In this document: piece by piece, positions 25,601 through 42,800 of the stretch | Position numbering within the stretch: position 1 is the stretch's first letter | How the letters are laid out: each line of letters starts with the position of its first letter | Source: Nemertoderma westbladi | Taxonomy: Eukaryota > Animalia > Xenacoelomorpha | DNA: 64,000 nucleotides | Assembly (NCBI GenBank): GCA_032718475.1 | Contig: JAUCBJ010003757.1 | Span: 1 to 64,000, forward strand | Direction: 5' to 3' | Notes under the pieces: model-generated | What the model was told of the DNA's origin: nothing | The model's database searches: none | What the model saw: the letters and a program-made list of their open reading frames with translations, nothing else | Position numbers and translations under genes: made by a program

Positions 25601-27308
25601 AGGTCCTCCTAGAACCAAAGGAATGGTAGGTCCTCCTAGAACTGAAGGAATGGTAGGTCGTCCTGTAACTGAAGGAATGGTAGGTCCTCCTTGAACTGAA
25701 AGAATGGTAGGTCCTCCTAGAACAAAAGGAATGGTAGGTCCTCCTAGAACTGAAGGAATGGTAGGTCTTCCTAGAACCAAAGGAATGGTAGGTCCTCCTA
25801 GAACCAAAGGAATGGTAGGTCCTCCTAGAACGGAAAGAATGGTAGGTCCTCCTAGAACCATAGGAATGGTAGGTCCTCCTAGAACCAAAGGAATGGTAGG
25901 TTTTCTTAGAACCAGAGGAATGGTAGGTCGTCCTGTAACTGAAGGAATGGTAGGTCCTCCTTGAACTGAAAGAATGGTAGGTCCTCCTAGAACAAAAGGA
26001 ATAGTAGGTCCTCCTAGAACTGAAGGAATGGTAGGTCCTCCTAGAACTGAAGGAATGGTAGGTCCTCCTAGAACCAAAGGAATGGTAGGTTTTCCTAGAA
26101 CCAGAGGAATGGTAGGTCGTCCTGTAACTGAAGGAATGGTAGGTCCTCCTTGAACTGAAAGAATGGTAGGTCCTCCTAGAACAAAAGGAATGGTAGGTCC
26201 TCCTTGAACTGAAAGAATGGTAGGTCCTCCTAGAATCAAAGGAATGGTAGGTCATCCTAGAACCAAAGGAATGGTAGGTCCTCCAAGAACAAAAGGAATG
26301 GTAGGTCTTCCTAGAACCAAAGGAATGGTAGGTCCTCCTAGAACTGAAGGAATGGTAGGTCCTCCTAGAACCAAAGGAATGGTAGGTTTTCCTAGAACCA
26401 GAGGAATGGTAGGTCGTCCTGTAACTGAAGGAATGGTAGGTCCTTCTTGAACTGAAAGAATGGTAGGTCCTCCTAGAACAAAAGGAATGGTAGGTCCTCC
26501 TAGAACTGAAGGAATGGTAGGTCCTCCTTGAACTGAAAGAATGGTAGGTCCTCATAGAATCAAAGCAATGGTAGGTTTTCCTAGAACCAGAGGAATGGTA
26601 GGTCGTCCTGTAACTGAAGGAATGGTAGGTCCTTCTTGAACTGAAAGAATGGTAGGTCATCCTAGAACAAAAGGAATGGTAGGTCCTCCTAGAACTGAAG
26701 GAATGGTAGGTCCTCCTTGAACTGAAAGAATGGTAGGTCCTCATAGAATCAAAGCAATGGTAGGTTTTCCTAGAACCAGAGGAATGGTAGGTCGTCCTGT
26801 AACTGAAGGAATGGTAGGTCCTTCTTGAACTGAAAGAATGGTAGGTCCTCCTAGAACAAAAGGAATGGTAGGTCCTCCTAGAACTGAAGGAATGGTAGGT
26901 CCTCCTTGAACTGAAAGAATGGTAGGTCCTCATAGAATCAAAGCAATGGTAGGTTTTCCTAGAACCAGAGGAATGGTAGGTCGTCCTGTAACTGAAGGAA
27001 TGGTAGGTCCTTCTTGAACTGAAAGAATGGTAGGTCATCCTAGAACAAAAGGAATGGTAGGTCCTCCTAGAACTGAAGGAATGGTGTCCTCCTACAACCG
27101 AAGGAATGATAGATCCTCCTAGAACTGAAGGAATGGTAGCACCTTGTTACACGTTTGTGGCTCGCCCCTCAACACAATGTAATGGAATAGAAAAACTGTA
27201 GACAAGAAATTTGTTTAATTTAAATATTTCAACTTTTGTAGATTAGTGACAATAAAAAAACTGCAAAAACCTACGCTATATCTCTATCTAATGTTCGCTG
27301 AAATGCAG

Positions 27309-27482
27309 GTAGTGACAGCATTGGGTAAGACTTGGCATCCGAGTCATTTCAACTGCGTTCATTGTGACAACGAATTGGGAACGCAGAACTTCTTCGAGAA
27401 AGAAGGCAAACCATACTGCGAGAACGATTACCATCAGTTGTTCTCGCCTCGTTGCAACTACTGTAATCAACCAATCAAAGAT
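27309..27482 (+). CDS. PXN: Paxillin-family exon (LIM1 and start of LIM2)
   Basis: TGCAG| [19 protein letters not shown]...[24 protein letters not shown] |GTAAGT; 174 nt, phase 0/0. Confidence 0.93.
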
Positions 27483-27875
27483 GTAAGTTAATTAACTCCA
27501 AAATAATTGTTAGTAATGTGATATATGTTGGTTATTTGGTATGGTACACGGGAAAGGATGATGCTTGCTTAAATAATAGAAGACACAGAACACTCATATG
27601 AATGATGCAATAATATGTTACGCAAACAGGGTGTGAAAAGAGGTTTCAATATATAGTAAATGGATTTATAGGACCAATTAACATTCTAATGTAGCGCGGA
27701 TTTTGGTTGGACATAAACATTTGCAAAGCAGTGCCAGACGACAGCCAATTTGCAGGGAACAATTTGTAATTAGCTATTTTGTTGATATTATTAGTAAATA
27801 GGGGATGTTTCTTTGTTGGGGCTTACTATATTTCCCCATATGCTCTTACTCTTTCCCAGAAGAGCCTTTATTATA

Positions 27876-30800
27876 TATAACATGCAAACACAATCTAAAC
27901 AAATATAGTGTGATAGATAATCCGTGTAACATACAAACACAATATAAACAAATATAGTGTGATAGATAATCCGTATAACATACAAACACAATCTAAACAA
28001 ATATAGTGTGATAGATAATCCGTATAACATACAAACACAATCTAAACAAATATAGTGTGATAGATAAATCCGTGTAACATACAAACACAATATAAACAAA
28101 TATAGTGTGATAGATAATCCGTATAACATACAAACACAATATAAACAAATATAGTGTGATAGATAATCCGTATAACATACAAACACAATATAAACAAATA
28201 TAGTGTGATAGATAATCCGTGTAACATACAAACACAATATAAACAAATATAGTGTGATAGATAATCCGTGTAACATACAAACACAATATAAACAAATATA
28301 GTGTGATAGATAATCCGTATAACATACAAACACAATATAACCAAAGTGTGATAGATAATCCGTATAACATACAAATACAATATAAACAAATATAGTGTGA
28401 TAGATAATCCGTGTAACATACAAACACAATATAAACAAATATAGTGCGATAGATAATCCGTGTAACATACAAACACAATATAAACAAATATAGTGTGATA
28501 GATAATCCGTGTAACATACAAACACAATATAAACAAATATAGTGTGATAGATAATCCGTGTAACATACAAACACAATATAAACAAATATAGTTTGATAGA
28601 TAATCCGTATAACATACAAACACAATATAACCAAAGTGTGATAGATAATCCGTATAACATACAAACACAATATAAACAAATATAGTGTGATAGATAATCC
28701 GTATAACATACAAACACAATATAAACAAATATAGTGTGATAGATAATCCGTGTAACATACAAACACAATATAAACAAATATAGTGTGATAGAAAATCCGT
28801 ATAACATACAAACACAATATAAACAAATATAGTTTGATAGATAATCCGTATAACATGCAAACACAATATAAACAAATATAGAGTGATAGATAATCCGTAT
28901 AACATACAAACACAATATAAACAAATATAGTGTGATAGATAATCCGTGTAACATACAAACACAATATAAACAAATATAGTGTGATAGAAAATCCGTATAA
29001 CATACAAACACAATATAAACAAATATAGTGTGATAGATAATCCGTGTAACATACAAACACAATATAAACAAATATAGTGTGATAGATAATCCGCATAACA
29101 TACAAACACAATATAAACAAATATAGTGTGATAGATAATCCGTGTAACATACAAACACAATATAAACAAATATAGTGTGATAGATAATCCGCAATATAAA
29201 CAAATATAGTGTGATAGATAATCCGTATAACATACAAACACAATATAAACAAATATAGTGTGATTGATAATCCGTATAACATACAAACACAATATAAACA
29301 AATATAGTGTGATAGAAAATCCGTGTAACATACAAACACAATATAAACAAATATAGTGTGATAGATAATCCGTGTAACATACAAACACAATATAAACAAA
29401 TATAGTGCGATAGATAATCCGTATAACATACAAACACAATATAAACAAATATAGTGTGATAGATAATCCGTATAACATACAAACACAATATAAACAAATA
29501 TAGTGTGATAGAAAATCCGTATAACATACAAACACAATATAAAAAAATATAGTGTGATTGATAATCCGTATAACATACAAACACAATATAAACAAATATA
29601 GTGTGATAGAAAATCCGTGTAACATACAAACACAATATAAACAAATATAGTGTGATAGATAATCCGTGTAACATACAAACACAATATAAACAAATATAGT
29701 GTGATAGAAAATCCGTGTAACATACAAACACAATATAAACAAATATAGTGTGAAAGATAATCCGCATAACATACAAACACAATATAAACAAATATAGTGT
29801 GATAGATAATCCGTGTAACATACAAACACAATATAAATAAATATAGTGTGATAGATAATCCGTGTAACATACAAACACAATATAAACAAATATAGTGTGA
29901 TAGATAATCCGTATAACATACAAACACAATATAAACAAATATAGTGTGATAGATAATCCGTGTAACATACAAACACAATATAACCAAAGTGTGATAGATA
30001 ATCCGTATAACATACAAACACAATATAAACAAATATAGTTTGATAGATAATCCGTATAACATACAAACACAATATAAACAAATATAGTGTGATAGATAAT
30101 CCGTATAACATACAAACACAATATAAACAAATATAGTTTGATAGATAATCCGTATAACATACAAACACAATATAAACAAATATAGTGTGATAGATAATCC
30201 GTATAACATACAAACACAATATAAACAAATATAGTGTAATAGATAATCCGTGTAACATACAAACACAATATAAACAAATATAGTTTGATAGATAATCCGT
30301 ATAACATACAAACACAATATAAACAAATATAGTGTGATAGAAAATCCGTATAACATACAAACACAATATAAACAAATATAGTGTGATAGATAATCCGTAT
30401 AACATACAAACACAATATAAACAAATATAGTTTGATAGATAATCCGTATAACATACAAACACAATATAAACAAATATAGTGTGATAGATAATCCGTATAA
30501 CATACAAACACAATATAAACAAATATAGTGTGATAGATAATCCGTATAACATACAAACACAATATAAACAAATATAGTGTGATAGATAATCCGTGTAACA
30601 TACAAACACAATATAAACAAATATAGTGTGATAGATAATCCGTATAACATACAAACACAATATAAACAAATATAGTGTAATAGATAATCCGTGTAACATA
30701 CAAACACAATATAAACAAATATAGTTTGATAGATAATCCGTATAACATACAAACACAATATAAACAAATATAGTGTGATAGAAAATCCGTATAACATACA

Positions 30801-33800
30801 AACACAATATAAACAAATATAGTGTGATAGATAATCCGTATAACATACAAACACAATATAAACAAATATAGTTTGATAGATAATCCGTATAACATACAAA
30901 CACAATATAAACAAATATAGTGTGATAGATAATTTGTATAACATACAAACACAATATAAACAAATATAGTGTGATAGATAATCCGTATAACATACAAACA
31001 CAATATAAACAAATATAGTGTGATAGATAATCCGTATAACATACAAACACAATATAAACAAATATAGTGTGATAGATAATCCGTATAACATACAAACACA
31101 ATATAAACACAATATAAACAAATATAGTGTGATAGATAATCCGTATAACATACAAACACAATATAAACAAATATAGTGTGATAGATAATCCGTATAACAT
31201 ACAAACACAATATAAACAAATATAGTGTGATAGAAAATCCGAATAACATACAAACACAATATAAACAAATATAGTGTGATAGATAATCCGTGTAACATAC
31301 AAACACAATATAAACAAATATAGTGTGATAGATAATCCGTATAACATACAAACACAATATAAACAAATATAGTGTGATAGAAAATCCGTATAACATACAA
31401 ACACAATATAAACAAATATAGTGTGATAGAAAATCCGTATAACATACAAACACAATATAAACAAATATAGTGTGATAGAAAATCCGTATAACATACAAAC
31501 ACAATATAAACAAATATAGTGTGATAGATAATCCGCATAACATACAAACACAATATAAACAAATATAGTGTGATAGATAATCCGTGTAACATACAAACAC
31601 AATATAAACAAATATAGTGTGATAGAAAATCCGTATAACATACAAACACAATATAAACAAATATAGTGTGATAGATAATCCGCATAACATACAAACACAA
31701 TATAAACAAATATAGTGTGATAGATAATCCGTGTAACATACAAACACAATATAAACAAATATAGTGTGATAGATAATCCGTGTAACATACAAACACAATA
31801 TAAACAAATATAGTGTGATAGATAATCCGTATAACATACAAACACAATATAAACAAATATAGTTTGATAGATAATCCGTATAACATACAAACACAATATA
31901 AACAAATATAGTGTGATAGATAATCCGTATAACATACAAACACAATATAAACAAATATAGTGTAATAGATAATCCGTGTAACATACAAACACAATATAAA
32001 CAAATATAGTTTGATAGATAATCCGTATAACATACAAACACAATATAAACAAATATAGTGTGATAGAAAATCCGTATAACATACAAACACAATATAAACA
32101 AATATAGTGTGATAGATAATCCGTATAACATACAAACACAATATAAACAAATATAGTTTGATAGATAATCCGTATAACATACAAACACAATATAAACAAA
32201 TATAGTGTGATAGATAATCCGTATAACATACAAACACAATATAAACAAATATAGTGTGATAGATAATCCGTATAACATACAAACACAATATAAACAAATA
32301 TAGTGTGATAGATAATCCGTGTAACATACAAACACAATATAAACAAATATAGTGTGATAGATAATCCGTATAACATACAAACACAATATAAACAAATATA
32401 GTGTAATAGATAATCCGTGTAACATACAAACACAATATAAACAAATATAGTTTGATAGATAATCCGTATAACATACAAACACAATATAAACAAATATAGT
32501 GTGATAGAAAATCCGTATAACATACAAACACAATATAAACAAATATAGTGTGATAGATAATCCGTATAACATACAAACACAATATAAACAAATATAGTTT
32601 GATAGATAATCCGTATAACATACAAACACAATATAAACAAATATAGTGTGATAGATAATCCGTATAACATACAAACACAATATAAACAAATATAGTGTGA
32701 TAGATAATCCGTATAACATACAAACATAATATAAACAAATATAGTGTGATAGATAATCCGTATAACATACAAACACAATATAAACAAATATAGTGTGATA
32801 GATAATCCGTATAACATACAAACACAATATAAACACAATATAAACAAATATAGTGTGATAGATAATCCGTATAACATACAAACACAATATAAACAAATAT
32901 AGTGTGATAGATAATCCGTATAACATACAAACACAATATAAACAAATATAGTGTGATAGATAATCCGTATAACATACAAACACAATATAAACAAATATAG
33001 TGTGATAGATAATCCGTATAACATACAAACACAATATAAACAAATATAGTTTGATAGATAATCCGTATAACATACAAACACAATATAAACAAATATAGTG
33101 TGATAGATAATCCGTGTAACATACAAACACAATATAAACAAATATAGTGTGATAGAAAATCCGTATAACATACAAACACAATATAAACAAATATAGTGTG
33201 ATAGATAATCCGTGTAACATACAAACACAATATAAACAAATATAGTGTGATAGATAATCCGTATAACATACAAACACAATATAAACAAATATAGTGTGAT
33301 AGAAAATCCGTATAACATACAAACACAATATAAACAAATATAGTGTGATAGAAAATCCGTATAACATACAAACACAATATAAACAAATATAGTGTGATAG
33401 AAAATCCGTATAACATACAAACACAATATAAACAAATATAGTGTGATAGATAATCCGCATAACATACAAACACAATATAAACAAATATAGTGTGATAGAT
33501 AATCCGTGTAACATACAAACACAATATAAACAAATATAGTGTGATAGAAAATCCGTATAACATACAAACACAATATAAACAAATATAGTGTGATAGATAA
33601 TCCGCATAACATACAAACACAATATAAACAAATATAGTGTGATAGATAATCCGTGTAACATACAAACACAATATAAACAAATATAGTGTGATAGATAATC
33701 CGTGTAACATACAAACACAATATAAACAAATATAGTGTGATAGATAATCCGTATAACATACAAACACAATATAACCAAAGTGTGATAGATAATCCGTATA

Positions 33801-36800
33801 ACATACAAACACAATATAAACAAATATAGTGTGATAGAAAATCCGTATAACATACAAACACAATATAAACAAATATAGTGTGATAGATAATCCGTGTAAC
33901 ATACAAACACAATATAAACAAATATAGTGTGATAGATAATCCGTATAACATACAAACACAATATAACCAAAGTGTGATAGATAATCCGTATAACATACAA
34001 ACACAATATAACCAAAGTGTGATAGATAATCCGTATAACATACAAACACAATATAAACAAATATAGTGTGATAGAAAATCCGTATAACATACAAACACAA
34101 TATAAACAAATATAGTGTGATAGATAATCCGTGTAACATACAAACACAATATAAACAAATATAGTTTGATAGATAATCCGTATAACATACAAACACAATA
34201 TAAACAAATATAGTTTGATAGATAATCCGTATAACATACAAACACAATATAAACAAATATAGTGTGATAGATAATCCGTATAACATACAAACACAATATA
34301 AACAAATATAGTGTGATAGATAATCCGTATAACATACAAACACAATATAAACAAATATAGTTTGATAGATAATCCGTGTAATATACAAACATAATATAAA
34401 CAAATATAGTGTGATAGATAATCCGTATAACATACAAACACAATATAAACAAATATAGTTTGATAGATAATCCGTATAACATACAAACACAATATAAACA
34501 AATATAGTGTGATAGATAATCCGTATAACATACAAACACAATATAAACAAATATAGTTTGATAGATAATCCGTATAACATACAAACACAATATAAACAAA
34601 TATAGTGTGATAGATAATCCGTATAACATACAAACACAATATAAACAAATATAGTGTGATAGATAATCCGCATAACATACAAACACAATATAAACAAATA
34701 TAGTGTGATAGATAATCCGTATAACATACAAATACAATATAAACAATTATAGTGTGATAGATAATCCGTATAACATACAAACACAATATAAACAAATATA
34801 GTGTGATAGATAATCCGTATAACATACAAACACAATATAAACAAATATAGTGTGATAGATAATCCGTATAACATACAAACACAATATAAACAAATATAGT
34901 GTGATAGATAATCCGTATAACATACAAACACAATATAAACAAATATAGTGTGATAGATAATCCGTATAACATACAAACACAATATAAACAAATATAGTGT
35001 GATAGATAATCCGTATAACATACAAACACAATATAAACAAATATAGTGTGATAGATAATCCGTATAACATACAAACACAATATAAACAATTATAGTGTGA
35101 TAGATAATCCGTATAACATACAAACACAATATAAACAAATATAGTGTGATAGATAATCCGCATAACATACAAACACAATATAAACAAATATAGTGTGATA
35201 GATAATCCGTATAACATACAAACACAATATAAACAAATATAGTGTGATAGATAATCCGTATAACATACAAACACAATATAAACAAATATAGTGTGATAGA
35301 TAATCCGTATAACATACAAACACAATATAAACAAATATAGTGTGATAGATAATCCGTATAACATACAAACACAATATAAACAAATATAGTGTGATAGATA
35401 ATCCGTATAACATACAAACACAATATAAACAAATATAGTGTGATAGATAATCCGTATAACATACAAACACAATATAAACAAATATAGTGTGATAGATAAT
35501 CCGTATAACATACAAACACAATATAAACAAATATAGTGTGATAGATAATCCGTATAACATACAAACACAATATAAACAAATATAGTGTGATAGATAATCC
35601 GTATAACATACAAACACAATATAAACAAATATAGTGTGATAGATAATCCGTATAACATACAAACACAATATAAACAAATATAGTGTGATAGATAATCCGT
35701 ATAACATACAAACACAATATAAACAAATATAGTGTGATAGATAATCCGTATAACATACAAACACAATATAAACAAATATAGTGTGATAGATAATCCGCAT
35801 AACATACAAACACAATATAAACAAATATAGTGTGATAGATAATCCGTATAACATACAAACACAATATAAACAAATATAGTGTGATAGATAATCCGTATAA
35901 CATACAAACACAATATAAACAAATATAGTGTGATAGATAATCCGTGTAACATACAAACACAATCTAAACAAATATAGTGTGATAGATAATCCGTATAACA
36001 TACAAACACAATATAAACAAATATAGTGTGATAGATAATCCGTATAACATACAAACACAATATAAACAAATATAGTGTGATAGATAATCCGTATAACATA
36101 CAAACACAATATAAACAAATATAGTGTGATAGATAATCCGTATAACATACAAACACAATATAAACAAATATAGTGTGATAGATAATCCGTATAACATACA
36201 AACACAATATAAACAAATATAGTGTGATAGATAATCCGTATAACATACAAACACAATATAAACAAATATAGTGTGATAGATAATCCGTATAACATACAAA
36301 CACAATATAAACAAATATAGTGTGATAGATAATCCGTATAACATACAAACACAATATAAACAAATATAGTGTGATAGATAATCCGTATAACATACAAACA
36401 CAATATAAACAAATATAGTGTGATAGATAATCCGTATAACATACAAACACAATATAAACAAATATAGTGTGATAGATAATCCGTGTAACATACAAACACA
36501 ATATAAACAAATATAGTGTGATAGATAATCCGTATAACATACAAACACAATATAAACAAATATAGTGTGATAGATAATCCGTATAACATACAAACACAAT
36601 ATAAACAAATATAGTGTGATAGATAATCCGTATAACATACAAACACAATATAAACAAATATAGTGTGATAGATAATCCGTATAACATACAAACACAATAT
36701 AAACAAATATAGTGTGATAGATAATCCGCATAACATACAAACACAATATAAACAAATATAGTGTGATAGATAATCCGTGTAACATACAAACACAATATAA

Positions 36801-39800
36801 ACAAATATAGTGTGATAGAAAATCCGTATAACATACAAACACAATATAAACAAATATAGTGTGATAGATAATCCGCATAACATACAAACACAATATAAAC
36901 AAATATAGTGTGATAGATAATCCGTGTAACATACAAACACAATATAAATAAATATAGTGTGATAGATAATCCGTGTAACATACAAACACAATATAAACAA
37001 ATATAGTGTGATAGATAATCCGTATAACATACAAACACAATATAAACAAATATAGTGTGATAGATAATCCGTGTAACATACAAACACAATATAACCAAAG
37101 TGTGATAGATAATCCGTATAACATACAAACACAATATAAACAAATATAGTTTGATAGATAATCCGTATAACATACAAACACAATATAAACAAATATAGTA
37201 TGATAGATAATCCGTATAACATACAAACACAATATAAACAAATATAGTTTGATAGATAATCCGTATAACATACAAACACAATATAAACAAATATAGTGTG
37301 ATAGATAATCCGTATAACATACAAACACAATATAAACAAATATAGTGTAATAGATAATCCGTGTAACATACAAACACAATATAAACAAATATAGTTTGAT
37401 AGATAATCCGTATAACATACAAACACAATATAAACAAATATAGTGTGATAGAAAATCCGTATAACATACAAACACAATATAAACAAATATAGTGTGATAG
37501 ATAATCCGTATAACATACAAACACAATATAAACAAATATAGTTTGATAGATAATCCGTATAACATACAAACACAATATAAACAAATATAGTGTGATAGAT
37601 AATCCGTATAACATACAAACACAATATAAACAAATATAGTGTGATAGATAATCCGTATAACATACAAACACAATATAAACAAATATAGTGTGATAGATAA
37701 TCCGTGTAACATACAAACACAATATAAACAAATATAGTGTGATAGATAATCCGTATAACATACAAACACAATATAAACAAATATAGTGTAATAGATAATC
37801 CGTGTAACATACAAACACAATATAAACAAATATAGTTTGATAGATAATCCGTATAACATACAAACACAATATAAACAAATATAGTGTGATAGAAAATCCG
37901 TATAACATACAAACACAATATAAACAAATATAGTGTGATAGATAATCCGTATAACATACAAACACAATATAAACAAATATAGTTTGATAGATAATCCGTA
38001 TAACATACAAACACAATATAAACAAATATAGTGTGATAGATAATTTGTATAACATACAAACACAATATAAACAAATATAGTGTGATAGATAATCCGTATA
38101 ACATACAAACACAATATAAACAAATATAGTGTGATAGATAATCCGTATAACATACAAACACAATATAAACAAATATAGTGTGATAGATAATCCGTATAAC
38201 ATACAAACACAATATAAACACAATATAAACAAATATAGTGTGATAGATAATCCGTATAACATACAAACACAATATAAACAAATATAGTGTGATAGATAAT
38301 CCGTATAACATACAAACACAATATAAACAAATATAGTGTGATAGAAAATCCGAATAACATACAAACACAATATAAACAAATATAGTGTGATAGATAATCC
38401 GTGTAACATACAAACACAATATAAACAAATATAGTGTGATAGATAATCCGTATAACATACAAACACAATATAAACAAATATAGTGTGATAGAAAATCCGT
38501 ATAACATACAAACACAATATAAACAAATATAGTGTGATAGAAAATCCGTATAACATACAAACACAATATAAACAAATATAGTGTGATAGAAAATCCGTAT
38601 AACATACAAACACAATATAAACAAATATAGTGTGATAGATAATCCGCATAACATACAAACACAATATAAACAAATATAGTGTGATAGATAATCCGTGTAA
38701 CATACAAACACAATATAAACAAATATAGTGTGATAGAAAATCCGTATAACATACAAACACAATATAAACAAATATAGTGTGATTGATAATCCGCATAACA
38801 TACAAACACAATATAAACAAATATAGTGTGATAGATAATCCGTGTAACATACAAACACAATATAAACAAATATAGTGTGATAGATAATCCGTGTAACATA
38901 CAAACACAATATAAACAAATATAGTGTGATAGATAATCCGTATAACATACAAACACAATATAAACAAATATAGTTTGATAGATAATCCGTATAACATACA
39001 AACACAATATAAACAAATATAGTGTGATAGATAATCCGTATAACATACAAACACAATATAAACAAATATAGTGTAATAGATAATCCGTGTAACATACAAA
39101 CACAATATAAACAAATATAGTTTGATAGATAATCCGTATAACATACAAACACAATATAAACAAATATAGTGTGATAGAAAATCCGTATAACATACAAACA
39201 CAATATAAACAAATATAGTGTGATAGATAATCCGTATAACATACAAACACAATATAAACAAATATAGTTTGATAGATAATCCGTATAACATACAAACACA
39301 ATATAAACAAATATAGTGTGATAGATAATCCGTATAACATACAAACACAATATAAACAAATATAGTGTGATAGATAATCCGTATAACATACAAACACAAT
39401 ATAAACAAATATAGTGTGATAGATAATCCGTGTAACATACAAACACAATATAAACAAATATAGTGTGATAGATAATCCGTATAACATACAAACACAATAT
39501 AAACAAATATAGTGTAATAGATAATCCGTGTAACATACAAACACAATATAAACAAATATAGTTTGATAGATAATCCGTATAACATACAAACACAATATAA
39601 ACAAATATAGTGTGATAGAAAATCCGTATAACATACAAACACAATATAAACAAATATAGTGTGATAGATAATCCGTATAACATACAAACACAATATAAAC
39701 AAATATAGTTTGATAGATAATCCGTATAACATACAAACACAATATAAACAAATATAGTGTGATAGATAATCCGTATAACATACAAACACAATATAAACAA

Positions 39801-42800
39801 ATATAGTGTGATAGATAATCCGTATAACATACAAACATAATATAAACAAATATAGTGTGATAGATAATCCGTATAACATACAAACACAATATAAACAAAT
39901 ATAGTGTGATAGATAATCCGTATAACATACAAACACAATATAAACACAATATAAACAAATATAGTGTGATAGATAATCCGTATAACATACAAACACAATA
40001 TAAACAAATATAGTGTGATAGATAATCCGTATAACATACAAACACAATATAAACAAATATAGTGTGATAGATAATCCGTATAACATACAAACACAATATA
40101 AACAAATATAGTGTGATAGATAATCCGTATAACATACAAACACAATATAAACAAATATAGTTTGATAGATAATCCGTATAACATACAAACACAATATAAA
40201 CAAATATAGTGTGATAGATAATCCGTGTAACATACAAACACAATATAAACAAATATAGTGTGATAGAAAATCCGTATAACATACAAACACAATATAAACA
40301 AATATAGTGTGATAGATAATCCGTGTAACATACAAACACAATATAAACAAATATAGTGTGATAGATAATCCGTATAACATACAAACACAATATAAACAAA
40401 TATAGTGTGATAGAAAATCCGTATAACATACAAACACAATATAAACAAATATAGTGTGATAGAAAATCCGTATAACATACAAACACAATATAAACAAATA
40501 TAGTGTGATAGAAAATCCGTATAACATACAAACACAATATAAACAAATATAGTGTGATAGATAATCCGCATAACATACAAACACAATATAAACAAATATA
40601 GTGTGATAGATAATCCGTATAACATACAAACACAATATAAACAAATATAGTGTGATAGATAATCCGTATAACATACAAACACAATATAAACAAATATAGT
40701 GTGATAGATAATCCGTATAACATACAAACACAATATAAACAAATATAGTTTGATAGATAATCCGTATAACATACAAACACAATATAAACAAATATAGTGT
40801 GATAGATAATCCGTGTAACATACAAACACAATATAAACAAATATAGTGTGATAGAAAATCCGTATAACATACAAACACAATATAAACAAATATAGTGTGA
40901 TAGATAATCCGTGTAACATACAAACACAATATAAACAAATATAGTGTGATAGATAATCCGTATAACATACAAACACAATATAAACAAATATAGTGTGATA
41001 GAAAATCCGTATAACATACAAACACAATATAAACAAATATAGTGTGATAGAAAATCCGTATAACATACAAACACAATATAAACAAATATAGTGTGATAGA
41101 AAATCCGTATAACATACAAACACAATATAAACAAATATAGTGTGATAGATAATCCGCATAACATACAAACACAATATAAACAAATATAGTGTGATAGATA
41201 ATCCGTGTAACATACAAACACAATATAAACAAATATAGTGTGATAGAAAATCCGTATAACATACAAACACAATATAAACAAATATAGTGTGATAGATAAT
41301 CCGTATAACATACAAACACAATATAAACAAATATAGTGTGATAGAAAATCCGTATAACATACAAACACAATATAAACAAATATAGTGTGATAGATAATCC
41401 GTGTAACATACAAACACAATATAAACAAATATAGTGTGATAGATAATCCGTGTAACATACAAACACAATATAAACAAATATAGTGTGATAGATAATCCGT
41501 ATAACATACAAACACAATATAACCAAAGTGTGATAGATAATCCGTATAACATACAAACACAATATAAACAAATATAGTGTGATAGAAAATCCGTATAACA
41601 TACAAACACAATATAAACAAATATAGTGTGATAGATAATCCGTGTAACATACAAACACAATATAAACAAATATAGTGTGATAGATAATCCGTATAACATA
41701 CAAACACAATATAACCAAAGTGTGATAGATAATCCGTATAACATACAAACACAATATAACCAAAGTGTGATAGATAATCCGTATAACATACAAACACAAT
41801 ATAAACAAATATAGTGTGATAGAAAATCCGTATAACATACAAACACAATATAAACAAATATAGTGTGATAGATAATCCGTGTAACATACAAACACAATAT
41901 AAACAAATATAGTTTGATAGATAATCCGTATAACATACAAACACAATATAAACAAATATAGTGTGATAGATAATCCGTATAACATACAAACACAATATAA
42001 ACAAATATAGTGTGATAGATAATCCGTATAACATACAAACACAATATAAACAAATATAGTGTGATAGATAATCCGTATAACATACAAACACAATATAAAC
42101 AAATATAGTTTGATAGATAATCCGTGTAACATACAAACACAATATAAACAAATATAGTGTGATAGATAATCCGTATAACATACAAACACAATATAAACAA
42201 ATATAGTGTGATAGATAATCCGTATAACATACAAACACAATATAAACAAATATAGTGTGATAGATAATCCGTATAACATACAAACACAATATAAACAAAT
42301 ATAGTGTGATAGATAATCCGTATAACATACAAACACAATATAAACAAATATAGTGTGATAGATAATCCGTATAACATACAAACACAATATAAACAAATAT
42401 AGTGTGATAGATAATCCGTATAACATACAAACACAATATAAACAAATATAGTGTGATAGATAATCCGTATAACATACAAACACAATATAAACAAATATAG
42501 TGTGATAGATAATCCGTATAACATACAAACACAATATAAACAAATATAGTGTGATAGATAATCCGTATAACATACAAACACAATATAAACAAATATAGTG
42601 TGATAGATAATCCGTATAACATACAAACACAATATAAACAAATATAGTGTGATAGATAATCCGTATAACATACAAACACAATATAAACAAATATAGTGTG
42701 ATAGATAATCCGTATAACATACAAACACAATATAAACAAATATAGTGTGATAGATAATCCGTATAACATACAAACACAATATAAACAAATATAGTGTGAT

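Larger units (their letters stand above)
16045..27140. repeat. 27 bp tandem array (GTAGGTCCTCCTAGAACCAAAGGAATG), roughly 340 units, split by an RTE insertion
   Basis: Directly visible; 9 aa periodicity in all ORFs over it. It begins across the exon/donor junction. Confidence 0.97.

Noticed and set aside
15900-27038. Numerous GPTIPLVLG / RRTYHSFGS / VGPPRTKGM repeat ORFs (collagen- or antigen-like appearance)
   Set aside because: Frame translations of the 27 bp array. Only the first 34 codons of 15958..17061 are supported as a real exon.
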